From IMG/VR virus record IMGVR_UViG_3300003635_000015, positions 1-33,565 of that record: a DNA stretch of 33,565 nucleotides; one strand, given 5' to 3'. The notes under the pieces are model-generated. The model did no database searches. It was not told the origin of the DNA and was given only the letters and a program-made list of their open reading frames with translations. The position numbers were made by a program, and so were the translations under genes. The stretch's first letter is position 1, and the number at the start of each line of letters is the position of its first letter. Shown piece by piece: positions 22,598-31,529 of the stretch. This DNA is from a virus.

Positions 22598-23992
22598 ATG
22601 CCGGTAAGTACAAAACACCCACAATACGAGCTTTATTCCGGCGTATGGGAAAAGACCCGCGACGCCGTTCGCGGTTCGGTCGCAGTTAAGGAAAAGCGAG
22701 CGAAATATTTACCCGTACCCGATGCCGAGTCGAACGCCCAGGGCGTCGATTCCGTGCGATATAAGCAATATTTGAAACGCGCAGTATTCACCAATTACAC
22801 CGGGCGAACGAAAAACGCCCTGGTCGGTGCTGCATTCCGAAAGGCGCCTATCCTGGAAATGCCCGACGGCCTGGAATACCTGGTCGACGATGCCACCGGC
22901 GACGGCTTGAGCCTGGAACAAATGGCAAAGGACGAGCTTTCGAACCTGCTAGAAACCGGGCGATCGTTATTCCTGGTCGATTACCCCCAGGCCGACGACG
23001 GCCTATCGGCCGAGGACGTCGCACGCCTGGACCTGCGCGCCTCGATCGTTCCGTACCCTGCCGAATCCGTGATTAACTGGAAAACCGAGGTTATCGCCGG
23101 GCGGCGATTGCTTACCCTGGTGGTACTGGCCGAACCCTACCTCGAGGCCAGCGACGAATTTACGCACGAATCGAAAACGCAATACCGCGTTTTGCGCCTG
23201 GGCGACGAGGGTTACAGCCAGCAAATTTACCGCGACGACGAGCCATACGGCGAGGAATTTTTCCCGCGTCGTTCGGATGGTTCGACCTGGGACTTTATCC
23301 CGGTAACGTTCGTCGGCAGCAAAAACAACGATCCGACGGTCGACGACGCGCCCCTGGCGGATATCGCCGACGTAAATATCGCGCATTATCGAAATTCGGC
23401 CGATTACGAGGAAAGTTGTTTTATTACCGGGCAGCCGACCCTATTTATTACGACCTCGCTTGATGGCGAACAATGGAAAGCCCTTAACCCGGAAGGTATC
23501 AAAATCGGGTCGCGTGCTGGCCACGTCCTGGGCGAAACCGGGTCCGCGTCGCTATTGCAGCCAAACGCTAACCAGTTGGTGCTCGAGGCAATGAAAGCAA
23601 AAGAGCAGCAAATGGTCGCAATCGGCGCCAGGATTATTACCGACCGAGGCGGAAACGAAACAGCCGAGGGCGCACGTATCCGGTTCGCGTCGGAAAACTC
23701 GGTCCTGGGCGATATCGTCGGGAACCTATCCGAGGCGATACAGGATTGCATTTACTGGTGCGGCGAGTTTATGGGCGCAAACGTCGAGGACGTATCGTTC
23801 GAAATTAACCGCGAGTTTTACGACAAGTCGGTCGACCCGCAGCTAATTATGAGCCTGGTTACCTTGCTCGATCGCCAAATCGTAAGCGACCAGGATATTT
23901 TCGACCGGTTAAAAGCGGGCGGTATAATCGACGGGTCGCGAACCCTCGAGGACGTGCGCGAGGAAATCGGCGAGCTTTCGCCCCTGGCGTAA
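22598..23992 (+). CDS. Portal protein (DUF4055-like)
   Basis: It is a 464-aa ORF immediately after terL. The N-terminal pattern YELYSGVWEKTRDAVRGSVAVKEKRAKYLP resembles DUF4055-type portals. Confidence 0.7.
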   Translation: MPVSTKHPQYELYSGVWEKTRDAVRGSVAVKEKRAKYLPVPDAESNAQGVDSVRYKQYLKRAVFTNYTGRTKNALVGAAFRKAPILEMPDGLEYLVDDATGDGLSLEQMAKDELSNLLETGRSLFLVDYPQADDGLSAEDVARLDLRASIVPYPAESVINWKTEVIAGRRLLTLVVLAEPYLEASDEFTHESKTQYRVLRLGDEGYSQQIYRDDEPYGEEFFPRRSDGSTWDFIPVTFVGSKNNDPTVDDAPLADIADVNIAHYRNSADYEESCFITGQPTLFITTSLDGEQWKALNPEGIKIGSRAGHVLGETGSASLLQPNANQLVLEAMKAKEQQMVAIGARIITDRGGNETAEGARIRFASENSVLGDIVGNLSEAIQDCIYWCGEFMGANVEDVSFEINREFYDKSVDPQLIMSLVTLLDRQIVSDQDIFDRLKAGGIIDGSRTLEDVREEIGELSPLA

Positions 23993-24003
23993 CGAGGTGC
24001 AGC

Positions 24004-24276
24004 ATGGCAAAACGTATCGATAAGTCGAAAATGAAATGCAACACCCCGAAGCGGACCCCGAACCACCCGACAAAATCCCACGTCGTAAAGGCGTGCGAGG
24101 GCGGCAAGAAAAAAATTATCCGGTTCGGGCAGCAAGGCGTATCGGGATCGCCCCCACGTAAAGGCGAGAGCAAAGCCGATGCAGCCAGGCGCGCGTCGTT
24201 TAAGGCCAGGCACGCAAAGAATATCGCAAAGGGTAAAATGTCGGCGGCCTACTGGGCCGACCGCGAAAAATGGTAA
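24004..24276 (+). CDS. Small highly basic conserved phage protein (90 aa)
   Basis: The RBS is GAGGTG. The protein is rich in Lys and Arg (KCNTPKRTPNHPTKSHVVKA...IRFGQQG...SAAYWADREKW). Confidence 0.6.
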   Translation: MAKRIDKSKMKCNTPKRTPNHPTKSHVVKACEGGKKKIIRFGQQGVSGSPPRKGESKADAARRASFKARHAKNIAKGKMSAAYWADREKW

Positions 24277-24286
24277 GGGGGTTCCG

Positions 24287-24427
24287 ATGCCAGTTACCAA
24301 AGTAAAAGGCGGCTATCGATGGGGTTCGAAAGGTAAGGTTTACCCGACCAAAGCCCAGGCAGAAAAGCAGGGCCAGGCAGCGCACGCAGCCGGGTACAAG
24401 AAAAAGGCCAAAAAGGGCAGTAAATGA
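24287..24427 (+). CDS. Small basic protein (46 aa)
   Basis: I chose the internal ATG at 24287 of track ORF 24179-24427 (RBS AAGGGGG). The product is MPVTKVKGGYRWGSKGKVYPTKAQAEKQGQAAHAAGYKKKAKKGSK. The upstream part of the track ORF lies inside the previous gene. Confidence 0.5.
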   Translation: MPVTKVKGGYRWGSKGKVYPTKAQAEKQGQAAHAAGYKKKAKKGSK

Positions 24428-26286
24428 GCGCAAACGACAAACTCGAGGACGGGTTTACCCGGCACCAGGTATTCGTGCAGCGGTACGCAAAAGGCCGCGA
24501 GCGCGAGGCCGAGCGTTATATTAAGCGCCTGGTTACCGGCGTGGTCGATAACCTGGGCCGCGAGGACCTTACCGCGTATTCGCGTGCGCGCCTCGAGCGA
24601 TTACTGGCCGACTTAAACCTTTACATGGCCGAGCTAGGCACCGAGTACAGCGACCAGGTACTCGAGGAAATGGCACGTTTCGCCGAATACGAGGCCGAGT
24701 TTAATTTCGACCTGCTAGGGCAAAACGTCGTCGCCGACCTGGCGCTGCCGACGCCTGGGCAAATCCAGGCAGCCATATTTACGGACGTAATGAACCTCGA
24801 GCCGACGAAAGGGTACACGATCCGCGATGCGCTTTCGGAATTCAACACCAGGAAACAAAACCAAATCGTGCAGCAAATCCGGGACGGCGTGGTCCTGGGC
24901 CAAACTATCGACCAGGTCGCGTCGAATATTACAAGCCTGGCACCGGTACAAAGGCGCCAGGCGGCGACGCTGGCCCGAACGATAACGAACCGGGTATCGG
25001 TTAAGGCGCGCGAAACGACCATGCGCGAAAACGACGACGTGGTCGAGGCGTACAAATGGGTCGCGACCCTCGATTCGCGTACCAGCCTAGTATGCGCTGG
25101 CCGCGATGGCCAGGTTTACAAGGATATCGACAAAAACCCGAAACCCCCGGCGCATTTTAACTGCCGTTCGACCATTACGTACGTGGTCGACCCTAAATAC
25201 GACTTGGGCGCAGCGATCGAGGGCGAGCGCCCGGCGATCGGGCCGAACGGCGAGGTTACCCAGGTAAGCGATAAAACAACGTACGAACGATGGTTACGGC
25301 GCCAGCCCCAGGCATTCCAGGACGAAATACTCGGCCCTGGCAGGGCGGCGTTATTCCGTAAGGGCACGCTGCCCCTGGATCGGTTCGTCGACGAAAACGG
25401 GCGCGAGCTTACCCTGGCGGAGCTGCGCGACCTCGATCGACAAATGGAAGGCACCGGGACAGCACCGACGCCCGAGCAGGAACCACCGGCGCCACCCGAG
25501 CCACCCAGGCCGACGTTTACGTTTACCCCGGTCGAGCAAATCCAGTTCAAGTCGCCCGCAGCGGCCCGTAAGGAAATCGCCCGGCGATTTAAGATTGCCG
25601 AAACCGACGACCGATACGAGGCCGGTAAATTCCGGTTCCGTGGCCGACCACAGGATTACAGTAAACGCGATTCGGCCCTTAAAAATATGCCGCCCGAGGT
25701 GGCCCAGGGATACGCAGCGGTACAGCCCGAGCTTGACGAGTTGGCCCAGGTATTCAATATCCCGCCCTTGCGCGGCATGGCCAGGATTCGCGCCAATTCG
25801 CGAGCCGGGGCCGATATGGGCGACGGTATAATGGGCATTAACGGCGGGTATCAGCAAAAGCAGTTAAAAAATATCGATCGATCGACGGTTCGAGGCGGCG
25901 AATTAAACGCCTGGTCGAGTAATTTCGACGACGCTACCTGGTCGGAGGTTCGGAAATCCCGATCCTGGACGGCGGATTCGTATTTCGACAATCGGTTCGA
26001 CGGGTTCCGGTCGACCCTTTACCACGAGTTCGGGCACCACGTACACCAAATGTACGGCGTTAAACCTGGCGAATACTTATCCAAAGGGTACCGATGGAAA
26101 CCCCAGGTCGAGGAACGCCTGGCGGCGATCCGTAACCGAAAAGGGCCGACCTTTTACAGCGACACGAACGAGCGAGAATGGTTCGCCGAAAATTTCGCCC
26201 TGTATTTTATGGATAAAAAAGACAAAACCGACCCGTTATTCCGTGAGCTAATCGAGGACCTAATAAATGCAGCTAACCGAACGTGA
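24424..26286 (+). CDS. Head morphogenesis protein (MuF / SPP1 gp7-like) fused to a C-terminal HExxH metallopeptidase-like domain
   Basis: The MuF motif is ATLDSRTSLVCAGRDGQVY...PPAHFNCRSTITY. A Pro-rich linker follows (PEQEPPAPPEPPRP). The C-terminal domain carries LYHEFGHHVH and EWFAENFALYF. Confidence 0.75.
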   Translation: MSANDKLEDGFTRHQVFVQRYAKGREREAERYIKRLVTGVVDNLGREDLTAYSRARLERLLADLNLYMAELGTEYSDQVLEEMARFAEYEAEFNFDLLGQNVVADLALPTPGQIQAAIFTDVMNLEPTKGYTIRDALSEFNTRKQNQIVQQIRDGVVLGQTIDQVASNITSLAPVQRRQAATLARTITNRVSVKARETTMRENDDVVEAYKWVATLDSRTSLVCAGRDGQVYKDIDKNPKPPAHFNCRSTITYVVDPKYDLGAAIEGERPAIGPNGEVTQVSDKTTYERWLRRQPQAFQDEILGPGRAALFRKGTLPLDRFVDENGRELTLAELRDLDRQMEGTGTAPTPEQEPPAPPEPPRPTFTFTPVEQIQFKSPAAARKEIARRFKIAETDDRYEAGKFRFRGRPQDYSKRDSALKNMPPEVAQGYAAVQPELDELAQVFNIPPLRGMARIRANSRAGADMGDGIMGINGGYQQKQLKNIDRSTVRGGELNAWSSNFDDATWSEVRKSRSWTADSYFDNRFDGFRSTLYHEFGHHVHQMYGVKPGEYLSKGYRWKPQVEERLAAIRNRKGPTFYSDTNEREWFAENFALYFMDKKDKTDPLFRELIEDLINAANRT

Positions 26287-26446
26287 AATCGAAATAGTCG
26301 ACCAAATATCGGCGATAACCAGTAAGCAAAGCGTAGGCCCCGAGGATATAAACGAGGCCAAACGTTTAATAAATACACTACCGGACGAAATCGCCCGGAT
26401 GTATGACGAGGCGTTTTTTTTGATTGATGATGATAAAACGCAGTAA
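26267..26446 (+). CDS. Hypothetical 59-aa protein, not in the ORF track
   Basis: The hand translation is MQLTEREIEIVDQISAITSKQSVGPEDINEAKRLINTLPDEIARMYDEAFFLIDDDKTQ. It overlaps the MuF gene end by 20 nt and fills an otherwise empty 210-bp gap. Confidence 0.4.
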   Translation: MQLTEREIEIVDQISAITSKQSVGPEDINEAKRLINTLPDEIARMYDEAFFLIDDDKTQ

Positions 26447-26496
26447 TATGACCAAACCGGGGCGGTGCCCCAAATGCTAAAACCGGAGGCTATAGC

Positions 26497-27165
26497 ATGA
26501 GCGATGAAATTTTCGAAGGCGTCGAAATCGACGACGAGGTAAAAACCAAGTTGGCCGAGCGTGTAAGCGCAACGCTGCAAGCCAAACTCGACGAGGAAAC
26601 AAAAGGCCTTAAATCAAAGGTCGACGAATTACTCGGCGAGAAAAAGGCAGCACAAAAGGCCCGCGAGGCAGCCCAGGCCGAGGCGAAAGCAAAGGCCGAG
26701 GAAAAGGCAAAGGCCGAGAACGATTACAAACAATTATTCGAAAGCCAAAAGCAGGAAGCGGACAGCCTGCGCCAGACTATCGAGAAAATGAACGGCGATA
26801 TTACCCGCGAGAAAATCACGGGCCAAGCTGCAAAATTAGCGTCGAGCTTGACAAAAGACACAGGACGCGCACAATTACTGCAACAACAGATTAGCCAGAG
26901 GCTAACATTAGTTGACGGTGAGCTAAGGGTAACCGATGAAAGCGGGCAGTTAACCGTATCCACTTTGGATGATTTAACCGCCTCGATTAAAACGGCGTAC
27001 CCTTTCCTGGTTGATGGTAACCAGGCCAGCGGTGGCAGTGCCACCAGGTCGCAAGGTAGCGCCGAGCGGTCCCAGCAAGTAACCCGAGCCGAATTTGATG
27101 CTATGCCGCAAAGACAACGCGCGGAATATGTCAAATCGGGCGGAAAAGTCGTAAACGACATTTAA
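26497..27165 (+). CDS. Scaffolding protein
   Basis: The RBS is GGAGG. The protein has a Lys/Glu/Ala-rich coiled-coil region (KAAQKAREAAQAEAKAKAEEKAKAEND). It lies directly upstream of the capsid gene. Confidence 0.75.
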   Translation: MSDEIFEGVEIDDEVKTKLAERVSATLQAKLDEETKGLKSKVDELLGEKKAAQKAREAAQAEAKAKAEEKAKAENDYKQLFESQKQEADSLRQTIEKMNGDITREKITGQAAKLASSLTKDTGRAQLLQQQISQRLTLVDGELRVTDESGQLTVSTLDDLTASIKTAYPFLVDGNQASGGSATRSQGSAERSQQVTRAEFDAMPQRQRAEYVKSGGKVVNDI

Positions 27166-27185
27166 CTTAATTCAGGAGGCCGACA

Positions 27186-28331
27186 ATGGCTAACGTACTT
27201 ACAAACCTTGCCGCCGATATTTACAAGGCGGCCGACGTGGTGGGCCGCGAGCTTGTCGGCTTTATTCCCGCTTCAACAATCAACGCCGATGGCAGCGAGC
27301 GAGTAGCAAAGGGCGACACAGTTCGCGCGAGCTTTACCCGCGAAGCGTCAGCAGTTGACGTATCCGAGTCCATGACGGTACCGGAAGGCACCGACCAAAC
27401 GGTCGACAGCAAAACGCTATCGATCAGCAAGTCGCGCGCGGTCCAAATCCCGTACACTGGCGAGGACGTCCGACACCTAAACAACGGTATCGGTTTCGAA
27501 ACCGTATACGGCGACCAGTTGGTCCAGGCAATGCGTGCCCTTACCAACGAAATCGAGGTCGATATGGCGACCGAGGCGTACAAAAATGCGTCGCGTGCGT
27601 TCGGCACGGCCGGTACCACCCCGTTCGGTTCAAACTTTAACGAGGTGGCCGAGTTGCGCCAAATCCTGGTCGACAACGGTATGCCTGCCAATGATGGCCA
27701 GGCGTCGCTTATCGTTAACACTTTGGCAGGTACTAACCTGCGCCAGTTGGCCCAGTTGCAGAAAGCAAATGAGGCTGGCGGCGTGGATATGCTGCGCCAA
27801 GGTATTTTGCTCGACCTGCAAGGCCTCGGCCTGCGCGAGTCGGCGGGTATCCAGTCGCACACCAAAGGCACCGGGGCGTCGTACCTGGTTAACGATGCAG
27901 CGTCGGCGATCGGCGATACTTCTATCGCAGCCGATGGCGGTACCGGTACGATCCTGGCGGGCGACGTAATCACGATTAACGGCGATACTAACAAGTACGT
28001 CGTAAACACTGCCCTTGCTGGCGGTGCGTTCGCGATTGGTGCCCCAGGCCTGCGCGCAGCAGCGGCAGACGATGCAGCGATCACGGTTGGCAACAGCTAC
28101 ACCGCGAATATTGCAATGCACCGTCGCGCCCTCGAGCTTGCGATCCGTGCGCCAGCAGTACCCGACGGCGGCGACATTGCCGACGACGCGATGCTGGTAC
28201 AGGACCCGCACAGCGGCCTAGTATTCGAGGTACGTATGTACAAAGGATACCGCAAGGCAATGATCGAGGTTGCAGTCGCATGGGGCGTTAAGGCTTGGAA
28301 ACCAAACTTTATCGCTACATTGCTCGGCTAA
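27186..28331 (+). CDS. Major capsid protein
   Basis: The RBS is a strong AGGAGG. It is a 381-aa ORF after the scaffold gene and is followed by a strong hairpin terminator. The composition is Ala/Gly/Asp-rich. Confidence 0.8.
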   Translation: MANVLTNLAADIYKAADVVGRELVGFIPASTINADGSERVAKGDTVRASFTREASAVDVSESMTVPEGTDQTVDSKTLSISKSRAVQIPYTGEDVRHLNNGIGFETVYGDQLVQAMRALTNEIEVDMATEAYKNASRAFGTAGTTPFGSNFNEVAELRQILVDNGMPANDGQASLIVNTLAGTNLRQLAQLQKANEAGGVDMLRQGILLDLQGLGLRESAGIQSHTKGTGASYLVNDAASAIGDTSIAADGGTGTILAGDVITINGDTNKYVVNTALAGGAFAIGAPGLRAAAADDAAITVGNSYTANIAMHRRALELAIRAPAVPDGGDIADDAMLVQDPHSGLVFEVRMYKGYRKAMIEVAVAWGVKAWKPNFIATLLG

Positions 28332-28339
28332 CCGAGAGC

Positions 28340-28365
28340 AAAGGGGGCCTCGTGCCCCCTTTACT
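28340..28365 (+). terminator. Hairpin terminator or attenuator after the capsid gene
   Basis: The hairpin is AAAGGGGGC (28340-28348), loop CTCGT, GCCCCCTTT (28354-28362). The downstream T-run is short, so read-through into the connector genes is likely. Confidence 0.6.
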
Positions 28366-28384
28366 TAATCGGAGGGAATAAAGC

Positions 28385-28555
28385 ATGACAGAACAAAAGA
28401 AACCGACGCGACGCGCAGCGCCTAAAAAGGCGGCCGAGGCGGCGGAACCCAAAAAGGTAAGCCTGGTTAAAATGGTACGCGAGGACGGCAAAACGGCCGA
28501 CGTGCACCCCCAGGAAGTCGAAAATTACCGCACCGGCGGCTATCGCGAGGCGTAA
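28385..28555 (+). CDS. Small basic 56-aa protein, not in the ORF track
   Basis: The RBS is GGAGGG. The hand translation is MTEQKKPTRRAAPKKAAEAAEPKKVSLVKMVREDGKTADVHPQEVENYRTGGYREA. The antisense track ORF 28361-28687 covers the same DNA, but that ORF also runs antisense into the start of the next well-supported gene. Confidence 0.55.
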   Translation: MTEQKKPTRRAAPKKAAEAAEPKKVSLVKMVREDGKTADVHPQEVENYRTGGYREA

Positions 28556-28558
28556 GGT

Positions 28559-29032
28559 ATGGCACTGGTAATCGAGGACGGCACGCGAGTAAGCGGCGCA
28601 AATAGTTACGTTACCCTGGCAGAATTTAAGGCCTGGGCGGATTCGCGCGGCATTACGTACGGCACCGACCAGGTTATCGAAACGCAAATCCTGCGCGCAA
28701 TGGATTATATCGAGGGCCTAAGCTTTATCGGGTTCAGGGAAACCCAAACGCAGCCCTTGCAATGGCCCCGCGTAAACGTCGTTATCGACGGTTTCGGACT
28801 CGAGGCCAGCACAATACCGGCCCAGCTAAAAACGGCCGTATACGAGGCAACAAAGGTCGAAATCGACGGCGATTCTAAATTTGCCCCAGTCGATCGCCAG
28901 GTAACCAGCGAAACGGTGGACTCGATTTCGATTACGTACAAGGATAACGCGGCAATGCAGCGCGCGACCCCGGCGTTAACGTCGGCCTTGCGTAAACTGG
29001 TGCAGTCACCAATGGCGGTAATTCGGGCATGA
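28559..29032 (+). CDS. Head-tail connector / adaptor (gp6-like, DnaT_2-type N-terminus)
   Basis: The N-terminus ALVIEDGTRVSGANSYVTLAEFKAWADSRG is the usual start of this adaptor family. Position fits. Confidence 0.65.
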   Translation: MALVIEDGTRVSGANSYVTLAEFKAWADSRGITYGTDQVIETQILRAMDYIEGLSFIGFRETQTQPLQWPRVNVVIDGFGLEASTIPAQLKTAVYEATKVEIDGDSKFAPVDRQVTSETVDSISITYKDNAAMQRATPALTSALRKLVQSPMAVIRA

Positions 29033-29379
29033 GTTACGATTATACGGGCATAACGAATTCGGCGACGGACCTTATAACCAGGTTTGGCAAATCGTACACG
29101 TTTACCCGTACGGTGAACGGCGGGTATAACCCGGCCACCGGGACAACGTCACCCAGTACAACGACGTTCGAAAAATACGCGTGCGTATTTAATTACACCG
29201 ACCAGGACCGGGCCGACGGTACGATCCTGGCAAACGATCGGCGTATGTTGGTCGAGTCGGGCGTTTACCAGGTCGGCGACCAGGTGGCGATCGGATCGGA
29301 CGCATACCAAGTTATCAGCGTAAGCGAAATCGCCCCAAGCGGCGAGGTCGTGGCCGCAAATTTGCAGGTGCGGAAATAA
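29029..29379 (+). CDS. Head closure / head-tail joining protein
   Basis: It is a 116-aa ORF coupled on both sides (ATGA, TAATG). The function is inferred from its position between the adaptor and the gp10-like gene. Confidence 0.5.
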   Translation: MSYDYTGITNSATDLITRFGKSYTFTRTVNGGYNPATGTTSPSTTTFEKYACVFNYTDQDRADGTILANDRRMLVESGVYQVGDQVAIGSDAYQVISVSEIAPSGEVVAANLQVRK

Positions 29380-29804
29380 TGGCCAAATCATTTACCCAGG
29401 CAATCGAAGGTTTCGCAAAATTCCCGGAGCAAGTCGTCCGAGGGACGGTCCTTTCGATGGGTTCGAAAATTATCGAACGATCGCCGGTTGGTAATCCGTC
29501 GACCTGGAAAAAGCCCAAAAAGGGATATGTCGGCGGCCGATTCCGTAATAATTGGCAGTTCAGTATTAACAGCCCGGCAGCCGGAACAAACCAGGGCGTG
29601 GACCCTAACGGCGCAAAGGCAAACGCCGAATTAAAAAACCTGGCTAATTCGTTCGATATGGGACAAACGTTTTATATGACGAATAACCTACCGTACGCCG
29701 TTCGACTCGAATTCGGTTGGTCAAAACAGGCGCCCCAGGGTATGGTTCGAGTTGTGGTCGCACAATACGAGCAGGCGATCCGAGAGGCAGCGGCGAAATT
29801 ATGA
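29379..29804 (+). CDS. HK97 gp10-like tail completion / neck protein
   Basis: The C-terminal motif NNLPYAVRLEFGWSKQAPQGMVR is typical of the HK97 gp10 family. Confidence 0.65.
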   Translation: MAKSFTQAIEGFAKFPEQVVRGTVLSMGSKIIERSPVGNPSTWKKPKKGYVGGRFRNNWQFSINSPAAGTNQGVDPNGAKANAELKNLANSFDMGQTFYMTNNLPYAVRLEFGWSKQAPQGMVRVVVAQYEQAIREAAAKL

Positions 29805-30208
29805 CGACGTATTTTAACGATATACAGGCGGCGCTTGATACGCAGCTAAATAGTTTACCGGGCGGTTACGATATCGCCTGGCCAAACGTCGAATATAAAC
29901 CGACGGCGGGATCGACATTTTTACGCGCGAGCTTTATACCAGGGGAAACAGCCCAGGTATCGCTCGGCGGGTCCGGTAAGGACGAAACAAACGCTATTTA
30001 CCAGGTCGACGTGGTAACGCCTCGAGGGGCCGGGCGTACGTCGATCGTCGATAATGTCGCGGACCACTTTTCGAGGGGTTCCGTATTGGCATACAATGGT
30101 ACGAAATTGCGCGTTCGTTCGGTGAGTATCGGGCCAGCAATAAACGACGGGGCCTGGCATTTCGTGCCGGTTTCCATATCGGTACAAACTTACACGGAGG
30201 CTAGATAA
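29801..30208 (+). CDS. Tail terminator (gpU position, DUF4128-like)
   Basis: I chose the ATG at 29801, which overlaps the upstream stop (ATGA), rather than the track start at 29717. It lies directly before the tail tube gene. Confidence 0.6.
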   Translation: MTTYFNDIQAALDTQLNSLPGGYDIAWPNVEYKPTAGSTFLRASFIPGETAQVSLGGSGKDETNAIYQVDVVTPRGAGRTSIVDNVADHFSRGSVLAYNGTKLRVRSVSIGPAINDGAWHFVPVSISVQTYTEAR

Positions 30209-31125
30209 TGGCTATTGCAAACGGTGCACAGCACAGCATGGCGTATATCGCGGAAACCACTTACGGCACGACCCCCGCGACGCCAGCATTTACACCCCTA
30301 CCCCATACGGGCACGACCCTGGGAATTACAAAGGACGGGATCGAATCCGAGAAACTGCGCGGCGATCGCCAGGTTGAGGATTTCCGCCACGGTAATAAAT
30401 CAGTCGCGGGCGATGTATCGTCCGAGCTTGAATACGGCGCGTTCGACGATATCCTCGAGGCTATACTTTGCGGTTCCTGGTCGACCGACGTTTTGATGGC
30501 AGGCACGACCCGTCGTTCGTTTACCCTCGAGCGCAAGTTCGGCGACCTCGATACGCCAGAATGGCACCGCCATACCGGATGCGAGTTTAATACGATCGCG
30601 CTTTCGGTATCGCCTAATTCGATGGTTACCGCGACGTTCGGAGTCGTGGGCAAGGACCTATCGATCGGAACGGCGGCCCTTTCGGGTGCGACGTACGCGG
30701 CGGACGTAGGCAACAGCCCGTTCGATTCGTTTACCGGGTCAATTCAGGAAGGCGGCGCCAGCATTGCGACAGTTACCGCCCTGGAATTAAACCTCGAAAA
30801 CGGTATCGAGCCACTTTTCGCAATCGGCAGCCAGACCACCCAGCGACCCAGTATTGGCAAATCGCGACTAACTGGTACGGTTACGACCTATTTCGAAAAC
30901 AAAAACCTGTACGAAAAATTCCTAAACGAAACCGAATCGTCGATGGTCCTGGTATTAACAGACCTCGACGGCAATTCGTACACGATCGAGCTGCCACGTT
31001 TGAAATATAACAGCGGCCAGCCGGACGTATCGGGCGAGGGAGCTATCACGATTGCAATGGAATTTGTGGGACTGTACGACGCGGCAGAAACGACACAAAT
31101 TAAAATCACGAGAGCGGCCGCATAA
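30208..31125 (+). CDS. Major tail (tube) protein
   Basis: It is a 305-aa ORF with a TAATG-coupled start and GGAGG upstream. The N-terminus (YIAETTYGTTPATPAF) resembles Phage_tail_3-type tube proteins. It is followed by the G/T chaperone pair. Confidence 0.75.
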   Translation: MAIANGAQHSMAYIAETTYGTTPATPAFTPLPHTGTTLGITKDGIESEKLRGDRQVEDFRHGNKSVAGDVSSELEYGAFDDILEAILCGSWSTDVLMAGTTRRSFTLERKFGDLDTPEWHRHTGCEFNTIALSVSPNSMVTATFGVVGKDLSIGTAALSGATYAADVGNSPFDSFTGSIQEGGASIATVTALELNLENGIEPLFAIGSQTTQRPSIGKSRLTGTVTTYFENKNLYEKFLNETESSMVLVLTDLDGNSYTIELPRLKYNSGQPDVSGEGAITIAMEFVGLYDAAETTQIKITRAAA

Positions 31126-31529
31126 TGGATTTTGACAAACTGGCAACAGTTGGCCGTCACGAGGCCGGGGGCGAGTGCAATATTCTCGACCCCGGTACCG
31201 GGAAGCCGACCGACGTATTTATTAAAATGCAGGGGTCGGATTCGAAAGCCTGGCGAGCAGCTAAAAAAAACCAAACGGCGAAAATTATTGCAGCGCGAGC
31301 AGCAAAAAAGGACCTCGACGGCGATATTAACGACCTGGGAATCGATTTCGACCAAATGGATATCGACGCCCTGGTATCGGTTACGATCGACTGGCGAGGT
31401 ATTAGCAAGGACGGGAAACCGTACAAATTTTCGGCAGAAAACGCCGAGGTACTTTATTCGCAAGCCCCGACTATTGTTAGGCAGTTGTTAAACTTTATCG
31501 GCGACGGCGAAAATTTTACCGGCGGCTAA
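31125..31529 (+). CDS. Tail assembly chaperone (gpG-like)
   Basis: It is a 134-aa acidic ORF between the tube and tape measure genes. A slippery heptamer lies 10 nt before its stop. Confidence 0.75.
   Translation: MDFDKLATVGRHEAGGECNILDPGTGKPTDVFIKMQGSDSKAWRAAKKNQTAKIIAARAAKKDLDGDINDLGIDFDQMDIDALVSVTIDWRGISKDGKPYKFSAENAEVLYSQAPTIVRQLLNFIGDGENFTGG

Noticed and set aside
26459-26471. Small hairpin GGGGC-GGT-GCCCC upstream of the scaffold gene as a terminator
   Set aside because: The stem is only 5 bp with a 3-nt loop and has no following T-run. It is too weak to call.
27221-28093. 290-aa minus-strand ORF (and the overlapping 193-aa ORF 27630-28211) antisense to the major capsid gene
   Set aside because: The products are Ala/Pro/Ser/Arg-rich with no start context. 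They lie opposite the best-supported structural gene, and no other gene in the late module is on the minus strand.
28361-28687. 108-aa minus-strand track ORF after the capsid gene
   Set aside because: The plus strand has a 56-aa ORF with a GGAGGG RBS in the expected operon orientation. The minus-strand ORF would also run antisense into the start of the connector gene at 28559.
30888-31463. 191-aa minus-strand ORF opposite the tail tube and chaperone genes
   Set aside because: It is antisense to two syntenic tail genes. It has no motifs, and its composition is atypical for this genome's proteins.
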